Below are positions 39,850 to 54,800 of a stretch of DNA of 64,000 nt, in pieces. A program made the position numbers and the translations under genes. Position 1 is the stretch's first letter; every line of letters begins with the position of its first letter. Under the pieces are notes generated by a model. It saw only the letters and a list, made by a program, of their open reading frames with translations, was not told the origin of the DNA and searched no databases. The stretch covers positions 74,834,001 through 74,898,000 of the forward strand of contig OX597823.1 of NCBI GenBank assembly GCA_951406725.2. Direction: 5' to 3'. This stretch comes from Octopus vulgaris (taxonomy: Eukaryota).

Positions 39850-40930
39850 TTTTCATTCGAGAAACGACGCTACATACAAATGCTACCTTTCGGGACAAAG
39901 TATTTCCTGATCCGCCCAAGGAAGAAATCACACCTTAGAAATATTTAAAACAAGTGTTTGGTGATAAAATGTGTGATCGTATTGCTGAACAAATTCGTAT
40001 TTCGAGCGATGCAATGGAAATGCATAAATATTGATCACAATGAAATGGAGCGCTACCTTGTTATTCTTATACTGAAATCAGTCATTTACCCGAGGTTTAG
40101 ATGTATTTGTCCGAAGGAACAAGACCCCCTGATTTTACGGATGTTATTTCTCTCAATCGTTTTGAAAAATTCGACAGTTTTTCCATTGAAAATACCAAAT
40201 ATCCAACAAAACATTTAACATTTAATTATAGTAAGTTTTTTCTAAATGAGACCAGTTGTTCACACTTTCTTTGCTAAAAGCTGATCAGTTTCAGGAGTGC
40301 AGATGCAATAGATAGATGAGCACTTTCTTCCACCAAACTTTGCTTCAAATTATGTAATACATGCCCCAAAACCTAATAAATGAGGTATTAAAACTTGGGC
40401 TCATTGCGGTGTAAGCGGGATCACATATGATTTTGAGGTTTGTAGTGAATAGTTTAGCTCATCAGAAAAAGAAGATAATTGGGATATTTTGATGGGTGGA
40501 AGAGAGGCTGAGTTTTAAACTAGAAAATTACTTTGCCATGAAAATTATAAAGTTTACTTGAAGTGTATGGAAGAGAAAGAAATTTGACTTTTTGCTGCTT
40601 TACGAAAACATACTATGAAGTGACCTAAAAACAAAACATTAATGGCAAAAGGTCGTAGATCCTATGACTAGTGCGTAGAGGTAAACTCTGATACCCTCAA
40701 GGCATGGTGGTTTGGTGTAACCAAGTTACGCACATGTGTAACTGGAGATACCGCTTGTCAGTAGGACAGAAAGGATTCCAGGTAAGAGGAAGTCGAATGT
40801 TTTAAAGTTTTGCAGGTTTACAATATGCACATTGGATGTGAGCATGTTTGCAACATTATGATATCACTTCGTTAACGTTCAAATATGTACTACATCATAT
40901 TCTTTATTACCTAATTAGAATATCTGTTAG
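39850..40930 (+). pseudogene. piggyBac (PGBD-like) transposase relic
   Basis: EITP..YLKQVF..IAEQ; EMERYL; VISLNRFEK.RQFFH; IDE...PKPNK*GIKTWAHCGVSGITYDFEV; VLQVYNMHIG. Multiple stops and frameshifts. Confidence 0.75.
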
Positions 40931-43900
40931 ATATTGTAATATAAGGTAAATAAATAAATGTATGTTATAGGTTCAGTGTGCACTTCTGGCATAAAGTAAA
41001 AAGATCAAAATCTTAAACGGTATAAACTTCAAGTCAGGTTATTTAACATTTTCATCCCACATGTACGTATATATTATAAGTTTTTCATCACACTGTGCTC
41101 ACGTTGACGAGGGTCACATGTTTGCTCCGTATATTCGAGCACGCAATCATCATAGGGTACCAAAGATAGTGGGCTTCTTCCTACCGTGCGCCTCTGCCAA
41201 AAATAAGTGTTTTGCACTGAGGAGGTGGTCAGAGGTGAGACAAAACTCAACGCAAGTACATCCTTTAGGACGTTAAGCTGCCTTCCCTTAACACATTTTC
41301 TGAATTTCTGTCAAGCTCTAACTATAGTAATGTTTTCTTTATCAGTACTTTTAGGAGAAAGCTTATCAATTTTACTTTTTACTGTAATTGCCCCTTCCGT
41401 GGATAACCAGTTGTTTTTAACATGTATTATGGCTTCTGATAACTTAGTTCATTGGAATCGACTATTCATATGCTCACGCTAATTCTTCTCACTCCCCATA
41501 ACTCGTATTTATCCCTCCTACCCTGCAACATATACAGGCATCTGAAATCTCTGGCGTGTTTAGTTTAGAAAACAATGTAGAGCATTAGTATGTTCTCGTT
41601 TCGCTCAGTGGGATCATTTAATATAATATATCCGTCCTAGATGTTTTGACACTATTTCAAAAACTATAGATTGACAATACTCATCGAATCCCCCAAATAA
41701 TACTTGGGAACATTTCCGGTATTCAACATGTATGCGCGTGGTCTGATCATCGTAATTTAGCTTTCGTTTCGCCGTATTCCTATTTTCCCCAAAGGTTCCT
41801 CTTACTCATCTTTGATATTTCGCTTACAGATTTTTGTTCGTGTTCAGTCATACTTTGTTGTTATCTTATTTTCTTTTCACCCTTTTCAGTACCCCTATTC
41901 GTCTTAAAACTGTGTCCATAAATTTAATATCCACTCCTTCAGTACATCATCTTCGGCGTCCTTGCTCCAGTTTCTCTGAGTTCCTGGAACGTGCTTGTGC
42001 AGTCGTGTTATCATTTTTAGTGTGTACTTGTATGCGCGTCACTATAAGGGATAATACATGTGTGTTTACATACTTTTGTACAGGCGCTATATGAACTTCA
42101 CCTTTTTAGATGTAATTGGCAAGTCACTTAGAGACTTTGTATCGATGAAATCATTGGTGGAATGAACACATTAAAGCATAATGGTTCATAATCTGCTCAC
42201 ATACTGACAAACAATTGTGTTGGATTTAACAGAAAATAAACTAATGGACCGGGCACACATTATCCAAAGAAGAGGTTAGCTAATACGGGTTAAGACGGAT
42301 CCTATACAGAAGAAAATCAATGAGACGATGGCACTCGTAAATGAGCAAATAATGATTCTTACATGTGAAGAGATAAATGAAATGTGTGTAACTTGTTATG
42401 TGTTTGCAGAATAGAAACAATCGAAGCTATGGTGATGGAAGCGACAATAGTAAACATTTCATTGAAAGACATGCACATGATAAGGCTGAATAAATATTTG
42501 TAACAAAAGAGTTTTAAGAGATGAGACTATAAAAAGCGAAATAATGTTATAGGATTAAAGAAAATAAATTCTAAACAATTCGGAAAGAATTAAATCATTG
42601 AAAGCGAGATATTTTAAGAGTAAAGATCTTGTGAATAAAACAATTCTGAAGCTGCAATTACTTCATTTCATAAAAAAGAAAAGGATTAGTCACCAATGTT
42701 ATGTTATCTATGTTGCTTTGGTAGTTGTTAAAGGGTTAGTGGTGCAAACGTAGAGAAAAGGGTAAAGAAAAGCTATTGGTTATTAGACAGTTTGAACGTG
42801 ACAAAGAGATAATTAGAAGAGATTTTTGAGTGAAACTGAAACAGTGATAATAGACAAATTAAATTGTTGTCTTTTTTCTTGATCGAAACTTCAGCATACA
42901 TAAGAACGATTTAATTTAATAATTAATCACGCAAATGTTTGGAACAATATTCTCCTAGATACAATATCTCACCAGGTAAACCAGACATTTCTATTAATTG
43001 AGAAGAGACATGGAAAAATGAACGCCTGGATACGTGTTCAAACATTTATCGCTTCCTTCGCATTTACTGTAAGGGAAATTTGGAATAGAATTTAGAAGAG
43101 TCGATTATATAATAGATCAAATCTGTTAAAGCTTTACTAGACTGATCAAAGCTATTAAAGTCTTACTAGATTTATCGACAAACATGATCAGATGTCTATA
43201 ACTAGGTACAATGTTATGTGCAATCTATGTAAAATTGCATCAAATTTTGAATACCTCAAGAGCATATGGGTTCTAGATGTTTTGAACGATGCATCTGAAA
43301 TCGGTTCATTTCAATGAATGTACATTACGAGGAAGAATACCACACTAGGGGGTCTTTGAACGAATACCTTTCATCACTCCAGATCTAAAGAAGACAAAAT
43401 TGAAATTTATTATCTCTAATTATCTAATTATGTGCAACGATTTGCTATAGGAAGTATTTACAGGCAATTTATTTCCTGTCAACAAACATGCGATCAATTC
43501 ATTGAGGCCAAACCAAAACCAATTGAACAAAAGAAGCGCAGAGAACGCTCCCAGAGGACCACAGACTGTTTGATCCTTGATATGACAGGCATTAGGCTGT
43601 TGAGGTCAGTACTAGTAGTGAAATAATGTCATATTCTTGTATTGTGGTGTCACTTAGAATGTTTTATAACTGATAACTACATGAACACAATTTATGATCG
43701 CATAATGTATTTTCTAGTGCTTCAAGCTTGCAGTGAAGCGGGTGATGAAATTTCCGGTTAGGCAAAACGTACCATCTCGCCATTTGTTATTTGCAAAGTC
43801 TTATATATATATTTGCAAACTCTTACATAAATTCACATTTAAAATCCGTAGACGTTTGCTGAAAAAATAACAGAAAGGAATTTGGTATTGCAAAATATGT

Positions 43901-44640
43901 GACGTGTAGATTATATGCATATGTAGGGTGTTCCAGTTTAATACAATAATGCAAATATGTAGAAGTATATAGCCATACTGCAACCCGTTCATATCACACA
44001 TAAGTCATAAAGAATGAAAGTGAAAACAATTTATCTGAACAATCCCGAACTTGCTGGCATTGTGCTTCTAGTTGAAGTGATCGTTATTATTATTAATGAA
44101 AATCTTAATAATATAAAAAAAATAATATCACTAATAATAAGAAAACAACTTGATGAAATAGCAATAAAATATGTTGTAGATGGACAGACAGCAAATACCA
44201 CATGTGAAATAAAGTACTCCCGGAATAAGTGAACATATAACAGTGCCATGTAATTCTATATATAATGGAATTACATTTTAAAGACTTATGTTATTGAGAT
44301 TATATAGCATTCACATACACACAAGACGAAATCTTATATAATGCTTTGTGAAAGTGTTTGGAAGGAAGTTTTAGAATTTACCAATAATTAAATACTAGAA
44401 ATAAGATTACGCCGAAAACAGGTACCTATATCAAATTGAGTTTCGCATTAAACTTCATTCTGCAGAGCAGCAAAATCTCGCAACATCACAGAAATTAACA
44501 CGTATAACCAGACAATTAAACGAAGACTAAATTTTGCTGACTCAGCTCGAGTCAGAGAAATACTTCACCTGTAGGGAGAAGCGGTAATGGAAATCAATAT
44601 CTAAATAGTAAAACATCATTTAATACTGAAAGATAAAATG

Positions 44641-44770
44641 GAGAATTTGAAATAGAGCTACAGGAGGAAAAAATATGGAAAATTCAACCTACAAAAACAA
44701 AACAAAATTTGCAAGACAAACCATATTCTCAAATGTACACAAAAACATAATCCATTTATTGCTCAAGACA
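44641..44770 (+). repeat. dispersed repeat; inverted partner at 51742-51870
   Basis: ...TTCAACCTACAAAAACAAAACAAAATTTGCAAGACAAACCATATTCTCAAATGTACACAAAA... recurs as its reverse complement near 51.8 kb. Confidence 0.75.
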
Positions 44771-47242
44771 ATTTATTACACAGGACCAGTCATGCAAAAA
44801 AAGTCAATGTTGCACACGTGCATGCGGAACTACAGATAAAAATTACATGAGTATATTTATAAATGTTTATAAATGAGTATGCCTCTCTGCATCGGTGGTA
44901 CAATAATTTAGAAATCAATATTATTTGTTTAATTATTACAATCAAATATATTAAAACAATTGACTTCATTTAGATTGGTGACATTCTAAATCTGCAGAAT
45001 TTAAAAGAGATATTTCGAACAGTAGAATATTTTAAGATTTGATGAAATGAGAGAAGTTAAACGTTATGGTGAATAATTTAGACTCTGAGAAATGAATTTA
45101 AAGCGGTTGTTGAATGTAAAATAGATTATGATCAGTGAGAGAAATACAGAGTTTAAAAGTGCGAAACACAAATACGCAGATGAAGCAATACATACAGAAC
45201 GTACAATCACGCGTAAAATTACACAAACCAAATACACATAGTTACGCTTGCATAGGTACACAGTCATGTGCATATAATGTTAAATCTTATATGGAAGTGA
45301 AGATTAATGTTTAAAGCCATTCAACAATGATTAAGTTCTCCTGGAATATTTTTAAGGGTACTTTACTTTTCGGAATGGCGGTTGCGACTTCAAAATTAAA
45401 TATGATATTTATTGTGTTTCGACATATACACCAATAGGAATGATAGAATTTAAAAAAAACTACGCCTATCTTTCTTATGAACTTTTCTCAAATGAAATAT
45501 CATTGCAAAAGAACATTCAGGTTTTGTTCCAGCATTTACTGTAGGAGACAATTGCCTTCTAAATCCTGTCGTTATCAGACCGAATTGTGAATTTAATCTA
45601 CGAAGGTAGATTACATAAAAATTCTTATCAATATGACACGAATGGTAAATCTATGTTATCTTCGTCTCCATTTTACTGTATCAATTTTCTGTCGTTTCAA
45701 TGTAGAATTTCGGTTATTTTTTTCTTGATCCAACAGAAAGTGTAAGAAAGAGGGGGAGGGAGAGAGGAGGAGAGAGACAAAGGAAAAGAAAGAGGGTGCG
45801 GAGAGAGAAAAAGGAAAAAAGAGAGACAGGGGACAGAGCATGAGAGAGAAATTTAATGTAGTTTCAAACAGTATTCAAATTAAATTAAACGAAATATGAT
45901 CAATAACTTTGGAGGAAATTGAAATACATAACCTTTTATATATTTTAATAGAGTTACCTGCCATTAACTGTGGGTGCAGGTATGTCTTATAATATTAAGA
46001 ACAATAGATTACTTGGTATTTTTTCACATATTTGGTTTGACTATTGCTTTGAATTTTAATATGAAATGGTGACATGTATGAAAAGATCGGTTTTTAATTT
46101 TTTAATATTTTGCGATATTAGCACATTAAACATCTTGTTAAATTATTCTTCTTCGTTCCTCCCTTTCAACATTTTCCCTTATTTTCGTTTTCTATACCGT
46201 AAATCTAATATACGCACACCACTTATTCTTTATTACAGTTGGTTGTTTTGCTACATTTCTTAAGTAGTATCCATCTATACTTAGGCTTATACCTTGATTC
46301 AGGATGTATCATTCTTACGTCAGGTTTCTTATTCTATCAATACTGTAGATAATTTTGTTTAAACTGTCTCTCTCCCCATCTCCGTTTCTGTATCTCAATA
46401 AATTTTATATATAACCTCATCACACTTAAGCAGCGTCATACGGCAAATCCTTATTTTTTTACAGAATTATTGAACTACATTAATTTAATTTCATAAATTA
46501 CATATTGTTCTGGTCATTACGTTTAAATTTAATGAGTTTAATTGATCCTACCCAATGTTTATTCCTCTATTATTTGTGATCAGTAAGAAATGACAATAAA
46601 CTTTTATGGTAAATAATAATTGATGAAAACAATACGTAAAACAATAATAATGATTTAACAAAAAATATATTAAAAATCATTCATATATATCACCACTTCT
46701 AAAATAACAAACACGATAGTGCTTTTGTCCAATATCTCTACAGAATATTCACTAAGTGTATGTTTCCAAAACGACATGCAAAAATGCATTTCTGCAATTG
46801 AGAATAAATTTGCAATTATTTGTTTTGGCATTTTTTCAATCACTATACGCATAAAGTGAGATTTAATGTATTATGAGAGTATGTATTTTGAAACTGTAAT
46901 CCTATCCTTTATATTATATCTTTATTATTGATTTCAATGTTACTATTAACGCACACTTTTATACAACTGCAGTTAGATAGTGTATTAGTTATAAGTAAGA
47001 ATATATAATAGACAAAATATATGATATATCTAGGGATCATCTTAAATGTTTCCATAACAATAAATTGACATGTCTATTTGCAATTCATTCTGACTTGGTT
47101 TTTATACTTGCTAGTGAAAGATATCATACTTAATTTTATATACAAAACTTTATGTTGAACACACTTTTTTCTTAAGTAAATCCCTATTCTTTCCGTATAT
47201 TTCTATATCCCTTCTTTATATATATTTGCATCAAACAATCAG

Positions 47243-47280
<38 letters not shown>

Positions 47281-47627
47281 TCTCTCTATCTATCTATCTA
47301 ACTATCAACGTATATGACTATGTGTGCGTGATCGTATGTAAGTGTGAGTACTTGTAAATACACACATATATGTATGTATATCACCGTGATCACCGTGATC
47401 GACCAGGCTATCAGATGTTGCTACACATCGCTGGTCACAATGCGCTTTGCATTGTCTTTTAGCCTTCAAGTGACGCCACCCCGCGGTCTAAGGGAGCAGG
47501 CCATATGTATGTGTATATACAAACATATATATATATATATATATATGCTTGCATGTATATATATATATATATATGCTTGCATTTATATATATATACATAT
47601 ACATACATACATATGTACATATACATA

Positions 47628-47684
<57 letters not shown>

Positions 47685-47689
47685 TGTGG

Positions 47690-48435
47690 CAAGTACCTCA
47701 GTGATTAGTGTGTTGTTAGTATCTCAATCACCATATCGTGCTTTAAGTTTTATATTCAATGAAAAGATTTCTAAAATCTAAGGCCAATTAACATCCATGC
47801 AGTTGAACAGATCTTGGCGTTATTTGGAGCATTGTGGAGCGTGTTTTTCGCTCCATGGATTGTCGTTTTGTCTCTGGCTGAAATAGACGTAGCCAACACT
47901 AATCCTTGCTTTATAAAACCTTGAAGGAAGCCATCTGAACCTGCATTGAAGTATGTCAGATTTACCTATTAAGTGATCAGCTAGGTGCACTTTTGATCCG
48001 GTATCAAAACTTCCTAATGCTAACGCCATTGCGCAGAGCATACTCAACTGTTTCACAGAATATCGTAATAGCATCGGCTATTTGATTTATAGTAAATCGC
48101 TTGTTATGCATCAAGACGTTGTGATTACAATCAATATGCTCCTTGGTGGCGTCAGTTCCCTCTTTGTCACTGTTGAAAATGTTTGAGCGTCATCCCCAAG
48201 TATTGCAACTATGTCAGTATAAATGCTCTTGTGGCTAAACCTCTTTTCTGCAGGTACACGGTAAGTCCACGACGCCATGTGTTGTGCAATTTCAAGAAAC
48301 TTTGGGGGAGCTAGTTACTTTTGAATGCTCTTTTGAACAGTTGAATATCAGTTTAACCGGAAATGTACAATGCAGTGTTCAAGAAAAGTGGAAATCATTT
48401 CTCTAGCGCCTCCTTGCCTATGAACTCTTTCAGCC
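47690..48435 (-). mobile_element. mariner transposase relic
   Basis: Minus strand: YLQKRGLA..DIVAILGDDAQTFSTV; ATKEHID...RFTINQIADAITI..E.VE; CWLRLFQPETKRQSME (DExW..F.PETKRQS motif). Confidence 0.75.
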
Positions 48436-48454
48436 CACCCTCGTATATGTGCAT

Positions 48455-48512
<58 letters not shown>

Positions 48513-48640
48513 TATATTAAATTAGAGATAAAACCAATATTAGGCAAATCATACAATGAAAAACTTAAGCCAATACATAAGATTAATTAATTTATATTAT
48601 TTAAATATATATAAAAATTATTATAAAAGATAATTAATGT

Positions 48641-48710
48641 AACACTACGATCGTTTCATGGCTGTTCAATTCTTAAAATTGTCGAGTTACAGTTATTCTT
48701 CAGGTGGTTT
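48641..48710 (-). ncRNA. type I hammerhead ribozyme in a Penelope pseudo-LTR fragment (48511-48735)
   Basis: Minus strand: CAC-CTGAAGA-ATAACTGT...ACAGCCAT-GAAA-CGATCG-TA-GTG. Palindromic stem III ACGATCGT, GUA site; stem II partly mismatched. Confidence 0.65.
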
Positions 48711-48738
48711 ACATATTTAACTTGGCGAGGTTAAATAT

Positions 48739-48786
<48 letters not shown>

Positions 48787-48788
<2 letters not shown>

Positions 48789-50630
48789 AAAGAATCTTAT
48801 GAAAAGCTTCTGGAATTCAAAACCATACATCCCAACATCCAATTATGGAATTCAGCAAACATCATCTCCCTTTCCTTGATCTCCTAATTATAAAAACACC
48901 TAAGAACCAAATCATAACAGACAACTACCACAAACCTACAGACTAACAACAATACCTACTCTTTAGCTCATGCCACCCAAAACACACCAAGACAAATATC
49001 CCTTTCAACTTAGCTAAAAGGGTATGTACCATTGTCTCGGATCCAAAACTCGAGAAATACGCCTTCAAGGCCTAAAAAAAACAGTTACAACGCCAATATC
49101 CCTCCACCCTTATAGAGTATGGAATAAAACGCGCCAAAGAACTAGACAACATTACACTGAAAACCACCCAACCCAACAACACACACAACCCCCAAATACT
49201 TCCATACATTTCCATCCAAAACCCCCAAAATACCGAAGCATACACCACAATCATACAAAACCTCACTCTACTGTCAACAGACCCAAAAATGAAAAACATT
49301 ATAAATACACACAATATCCTCAAATGTAAAAGGCAACACAAATCTTTAAACAAACTCTTGACAAATGCCACCTTCACACACCAGATCCACCCCCAGCAGT
49401 TAAAAAATGTGCACGCCCAAACTGTTGCACCTGCCCCTTCCTACTTGAAAGCTCTGAATTTATCTTCAAACAAGGAACGAAGTTTAAAATCAAGATCAAC
49501 TTCTCCTGTTTCTCCGAGAACCTTATCTACGTTCTCACATGCGCCAGTTGCCAACATAATTATGTTGGACAAACGAGCCTCCCTGTACGTAAAAGAGTAG
49601 CGGTCCATTAAGAACAAATAAATCTCCCGGAATACCGGCAAATTCCACTGAGTGGTCACATAGACTCATGCGCTAAAGACAAAAATCCCAAATTTTACAT
49701 ATTCCCCTTCTACCAATGTAAAGACGGAATCACCACACAGGAGAGAATTAACAAGGAGAATCTCTTTATTGAAAAATTCAAATCTCATCTTAATATGCAA
49801 ACTCCTCGTTGATCATACTACTTTTTTCTACCTCATTCTTCATGGATGGACTAATACAAATATATAATGATACCATAAAGTCATCACTTCAAGCTAAAAC
49901 TTATATTCTTTATTTATCATTATTATTATGTTATTATCATTATTATTTTTATTTCTATTATATATGACATAACAATCTGAAATGTAATTATAAATTGGTT
50001 TATGTAAATTTATATAATTAGAAAACCTTATAATTAAAGTGTTAAAATCTGAATGTAAAGTTAGCTAACAATTATATAAAAAAATAAAAAAAGATAATGC
50101 AAATGAAGCTAAAATGATAATTTAAGGTTTATTAACACCCTTTATTACCAAAAATTGATAAACCCAAATTGAAGAGATTAAAACCCACAGTGTTGTCTCC
50201 CCTTACTCACAGGAACTGAACAACTACTTCCTGTTTTGACATTCACTTAAAAGACACCTTTAATTAAATTAAACAGCACATGGATTTAATCACATGGATT
50301 TCAATCCTCCAAGGTAATTTTTTCAAGAACTATCATTAAACTCGAGATACACAAAGACTTTACAAAGTATCGGTGGACCTATTTTTTAATTTTTGTATAT
50401 GTTTATTATTATTTTTTTGGCAAAAAACAGTGTAATTTTCTTTTTTTCCCCTCCTCAAACTTAAATGTTTTTTTTCCTTTCACCTTACAATTCTTGAAAA
50501 GTCACATTGTGACGAAAACCGGTTTCAATTAATATATATATATTTTATTAAGTTTTCAAAATTTTGCACACACCCATTTTCATTAAAATTTTCCTTAAAC
50601 TTAGCATTCTGCCTTTTTATAATTTTCCCT
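48787..50630 (+). mobile_element. Penelope-like (Neptune-type) element, 5'-truncated and decayed, in (TA)n
   Basis: YHKPTD*QQYLLFSSCHPKHTKTNIPFNLAKRVCTIVSD (RT thumb). KCARPNCCTCP...FSCFSENLIYVLTCASCQHNYVGQT...RVAVH...KE.LFI.KF...LN (Zn finger plus GIY-YIG; stop at 49812). AT-rich 3' UTR with a hammerhead remnant. Confidence 0.88.
50489..50530 (+). ncRNA. decayed minimal hammerhead ribozyme
   Basis: AATT-CTTGAAAA-GTCAC ATT GTGAC-GAAA-ACCGGT-TTC-AATT. Stems intact with palindromic stem III, but the core deviates from CTGANGA. Confidence 0.5.
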
Positions 50631-50632
50631 TG

Positions 50633-50678
<46 letters not shown>

Positions 50679-50721
50679 AATATACAGACACATATATATA
50701 TACATATACACATACATATAT

Positions 50722-50794
<73 letters not shown>

Positions 50795-51741
50795 TATAAG
50801 TATGTATGTATATATTTGCGAATACAGTGTATGGTACAGCAATGTAATTGCATTCATATTTTAGTTTCAGGCTTAGCACAGAAGGAATTACCTCCTTACA
50901 TACATAATTCGTTCTTCTCAGGTTGTGATATAAAACAATTAACAGATATTTTTCTGTTCCAAACTACAGTATTGATAATTTATCTCTTTGATAAGGGCCA
51001 AGACATGTTTTATATATTAATGATTATTTTTAATTCAGTATATCTGAATTCATTAAGGGAATACTTGGTTATATGATTAAAGGTTCATACATTATACCAT
51101 TATTCGGAGTAAGTGATGTTTTAAAATTCTTCACTGAAAATGTATACTCTTCATTGCTGAATGATTTTATTGTTTCATATTGCTAAAGCTCCATATTTCA
51201 CTGAGGCGTAACGTTTGAATTCCATAAATACTCATTGCCACTGAGCTTATCTTGATAACTCAATCCCACCATTTAGTGTTACTAATGAGTTGAATGTTAC
51301 TAGATAGGCGGAATGACAATCATACAGATTACATTTTATGATGCTAGCGTTTACAGATGCTGTTCATTTTCTTTTGCAAATGATTTAAGTAACCTATCAT
51401 GTTATTTAACCCTTTGGGCTCGACGTAGCCGCACTTATATTCCCGCTTCCAATGTGTATGTGTATAGTGAATGGGTGCACATAAGGAAAGCTATATATTA
51501 GGAACAATTACGTATGATGAGCTGTATGGCGCTTCATGCTTATCAACAGAGCATCACTCCCGAATATATTGAATTCTGCAAATTCGAGATTAATAGAAAC
51601 ATTAATAGCACAAATAAAGAAAGGAATAAAACAAATGCCCAAAGAGTTCACACACAGCAGAAAAGGCATTACACTTTTTGTAATGGGGAAGAAGAAACAA
51701 ACTGCACAATGAAGCAATAGAACGCAAGACCATGGAAACAC

Positions 51742-51870
51742 CTTTAGCAATAAATGAATTATGCTTTTGTGTACATTTGAGAATATGGTTTGTCTTGCAG
51801 ATTTTGTTTTGTTTTTGTAGGTTGAACTTTCGATGATTTCTTTTCGTCCTTTAGCTCTATTTTAAATTCT
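51742..51870 (-). repeat. dispersed repeat, partner of 44641-44770
   Basis: Reverse-complement similarity seen by eye. Confidence 0.75.
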
Positions 51871-54800
51871 CTATTTTAAAATAATTTCAAAATTGCAATT
51901 GATAATAAACTATCAGACATCATACAATAGTTTTGTCTCAAATCGTACCTTCGGTAAAGTTGAATAAAACATTTAGCATGACATTTATAGATGGAATTGG
52001 CGGAAACACTTCTCCAAAGTTTATGTCACCACCCGCAGATAAGTTCCAACAACAAAAAGAAATGGCGGGGGTGGATAACAATATAAAGAAAAAAATTACG
52101 GTATCTTAAGGTAAAGTTTAATTATCAACATTCCCTATAATCTCCGCAATATAGTGTACACGACTTTTCTACACAACGAGGAAGAACTATGTCTAAAACT
52201 ATCATGAAATAGTTTAATATAATATAACGGAAGCATCGAAATAAAGTATGAATGAATTAAAATTTCATGTGAGTCATTTTGCATACGATTTTAAAGCTAC
52301 GAATAAATTAAGATATTAAAACAGTAGAATTATTTTCCCAGTAACGTGGGCTACCAATGTTAAATATTAATGCTTGAAAAGCGCATTGAATATCGTCTTG
52401 ATGATATAAATAATACAACTCTCTACATGATGTTCACTCCGACTCAGATAAGAAACAAATAAAACCTTCCATCCCAAACAGTGAACTTCTTGCTGCAACC
52501 TGGAAACGATCATGTGTATTTTGAATTACATTTGGAAATAACATATAAAAGAATGAAAGCATTACATGTGTATTACTTAGCAGTTAGAATAAGTCTAGGA
52601 CTGCTAAATCTCGGAAGAAATTTTCATATAATATTTTAAGTCACAGAAATGAAATCCTAAACAATATTTTGCAATGTATCGTATGTCAAATGAGAGTTGC
52701 AATCACGTAATAAACATCCATCTCCTCATTCTATGCTCCTCAACACTTAGTTGAATTCTATAACAATAAAAGTATTTATCCAAATCATTAAGGTCATTAT
52801 CAGTGATGATCTGTAATTATGATTGCATGATATATGACAATAACTATATATGTATGTATATATATATATATATACATAATATGTAATATTATATATATAA
52901 TATTACGTATTAGATATTTATGAATATATGTATGAAACATAATATAATTATTTGCATAATATATGTTCCCACTGAGAGTTCTGAGAGTTAGAATTAATAC
53001 AATGTAAATTACAGGCATGATCTTCATTAATTCCAGAGAAGCGATCACGAACAGCAAATGCTTTTCATTATGAAATACAACTTTTCTGCTTAATTGCTTC
53101 TTTCATATAATCGACTTTACTAAGGACATTTATCTTCATTATTTAACGTATTTGTATGCAGTATGCTCAGATGTACAATACTTAGCGAAACGCAAGGAAG
53201 GAATCAACATTGCATGAAACGGAAATTATTACTAAATGTTTAATTTCTGTTTAAGCAAGAAATTTATTCAGAACTTCCTCAACGAGATCTTTCTGTTTTG
53301 GATGCGAATATATACACGGCGCACTAATAGAGAATTCACCGGGTTAAATAACGTGCACAAGTTAACGTCAATCTTTCGGAGATTTCTATGTATTACACTT
53401 AGGTAGACAGATTAAGTAGCGTCTTTAAACCTTGGTTTATTCGCAAGATTACATTTATTGCAAGCATATGCAAATAGTTTTACATTATGTTTTAGCTTCT
53501 GAGTCGTATCATCGCCTTTCTATTACAAACAATATATCTGAAATTTTGGAAAAGATTAAATTCGCTGTCACATCAATTAAATATCAATTAAATTCGCTGT
53601 CACATCAATTAAACAAATGCACATCAATTCTAATGAAACAGTAACAAAAGACTTTCCATTGTGCCATTTCTATTGACACTCTGAGATGAACGGTTTAGAA
53701 TATGTTACTCTTCATCACGTTATATAACCGATGGCAGATCATACACTCGTAGTGAGTAAATGTTTAAATGTTTAAAAGGCCAATATAACTTCTACAATAA
53801 ACCCAGCTCGTAATTATTTAATTGAGCCCGATAGAATAACAGGCGCAGTCCACGTCGGAGTAATTTTATCTCAGTACTACTTCAGAAGAACTGTAAAAGC
53901 AAATTAGAATGGATTTTCTTGGCCCCGTGTGTAAAGTAGGGAGGCGTCGATTTAATAAGTAGCTACTACTTCCATGTCATGCCTTGATGGCAAATTGAAT
54001 GAAATAAAGTAGCGACTGCATGTACTTACAGGTTAATAGTCTGTATGCCGCTACAGATATGGTGCAGTATTCTTCAGGCTTTCTGATGTTGTTGCTGTTG
54101 TTCTGATCGTTATTGTTGTTGTTATTAGTATTATTACTTATACGGTGTGCTTAGTAATCTGATAAATAATTGTTAAATCAGGTGTAATTCTAGTAGAAAT
54201 TGCAGACAACTTTTGAAATTATTCCTTCCATTCGATTTATCCTACAGCTCAAGATTCAAGGTAATGTCTATGGCACATATGCACCGAAGTTTGTACAATT
54301 GGAGAAGTAAATACTGCTGTATAACGAACAATATGTAGGTAATATATTATCTGACTCAGCAATATTTAAAGAATATTTCTTCTACCATAAAATTAATTTA
54401 CATTAATTTGCGCCTAACTTATTATGTCGCAGAATATAAGTCACGTAAAAATGTTAATGCACCGCATAGCTTCTAATTAACATAATAGTGTTTATTTGAT
54501 TAATATATTAAAGTGATTCACTGAGAGAAATCTTTTATTAGATATATAAACAAATAAATGTATGTATGGATTCATAGTACAAAGAAACATTTATCCAGGG
54601 GGATTGCTTGATGATTTCATTGCAATTCAGTTTCTGTCTTTCTTCATTACAAAAAAAAACAACATATATATAATTGTATAATTTTCCTTGCTACTGTTAG
54701 CACGATACACACAGTAAAAGAGATGCTACTTAGTTTGTTTAGTGTAAAAAGAAATAATTGAATAGAAAACGGGAAACGTAAGCAATAGTTTCTGTTTCCA

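Noticed and set aside
47820-48074. NDNPWSEKHAPQC resembling a BIR domain
   Set aside because: Another frame of the same DNA gives mariner CWLRLFQPETKRQSME within a longer transposase relic.
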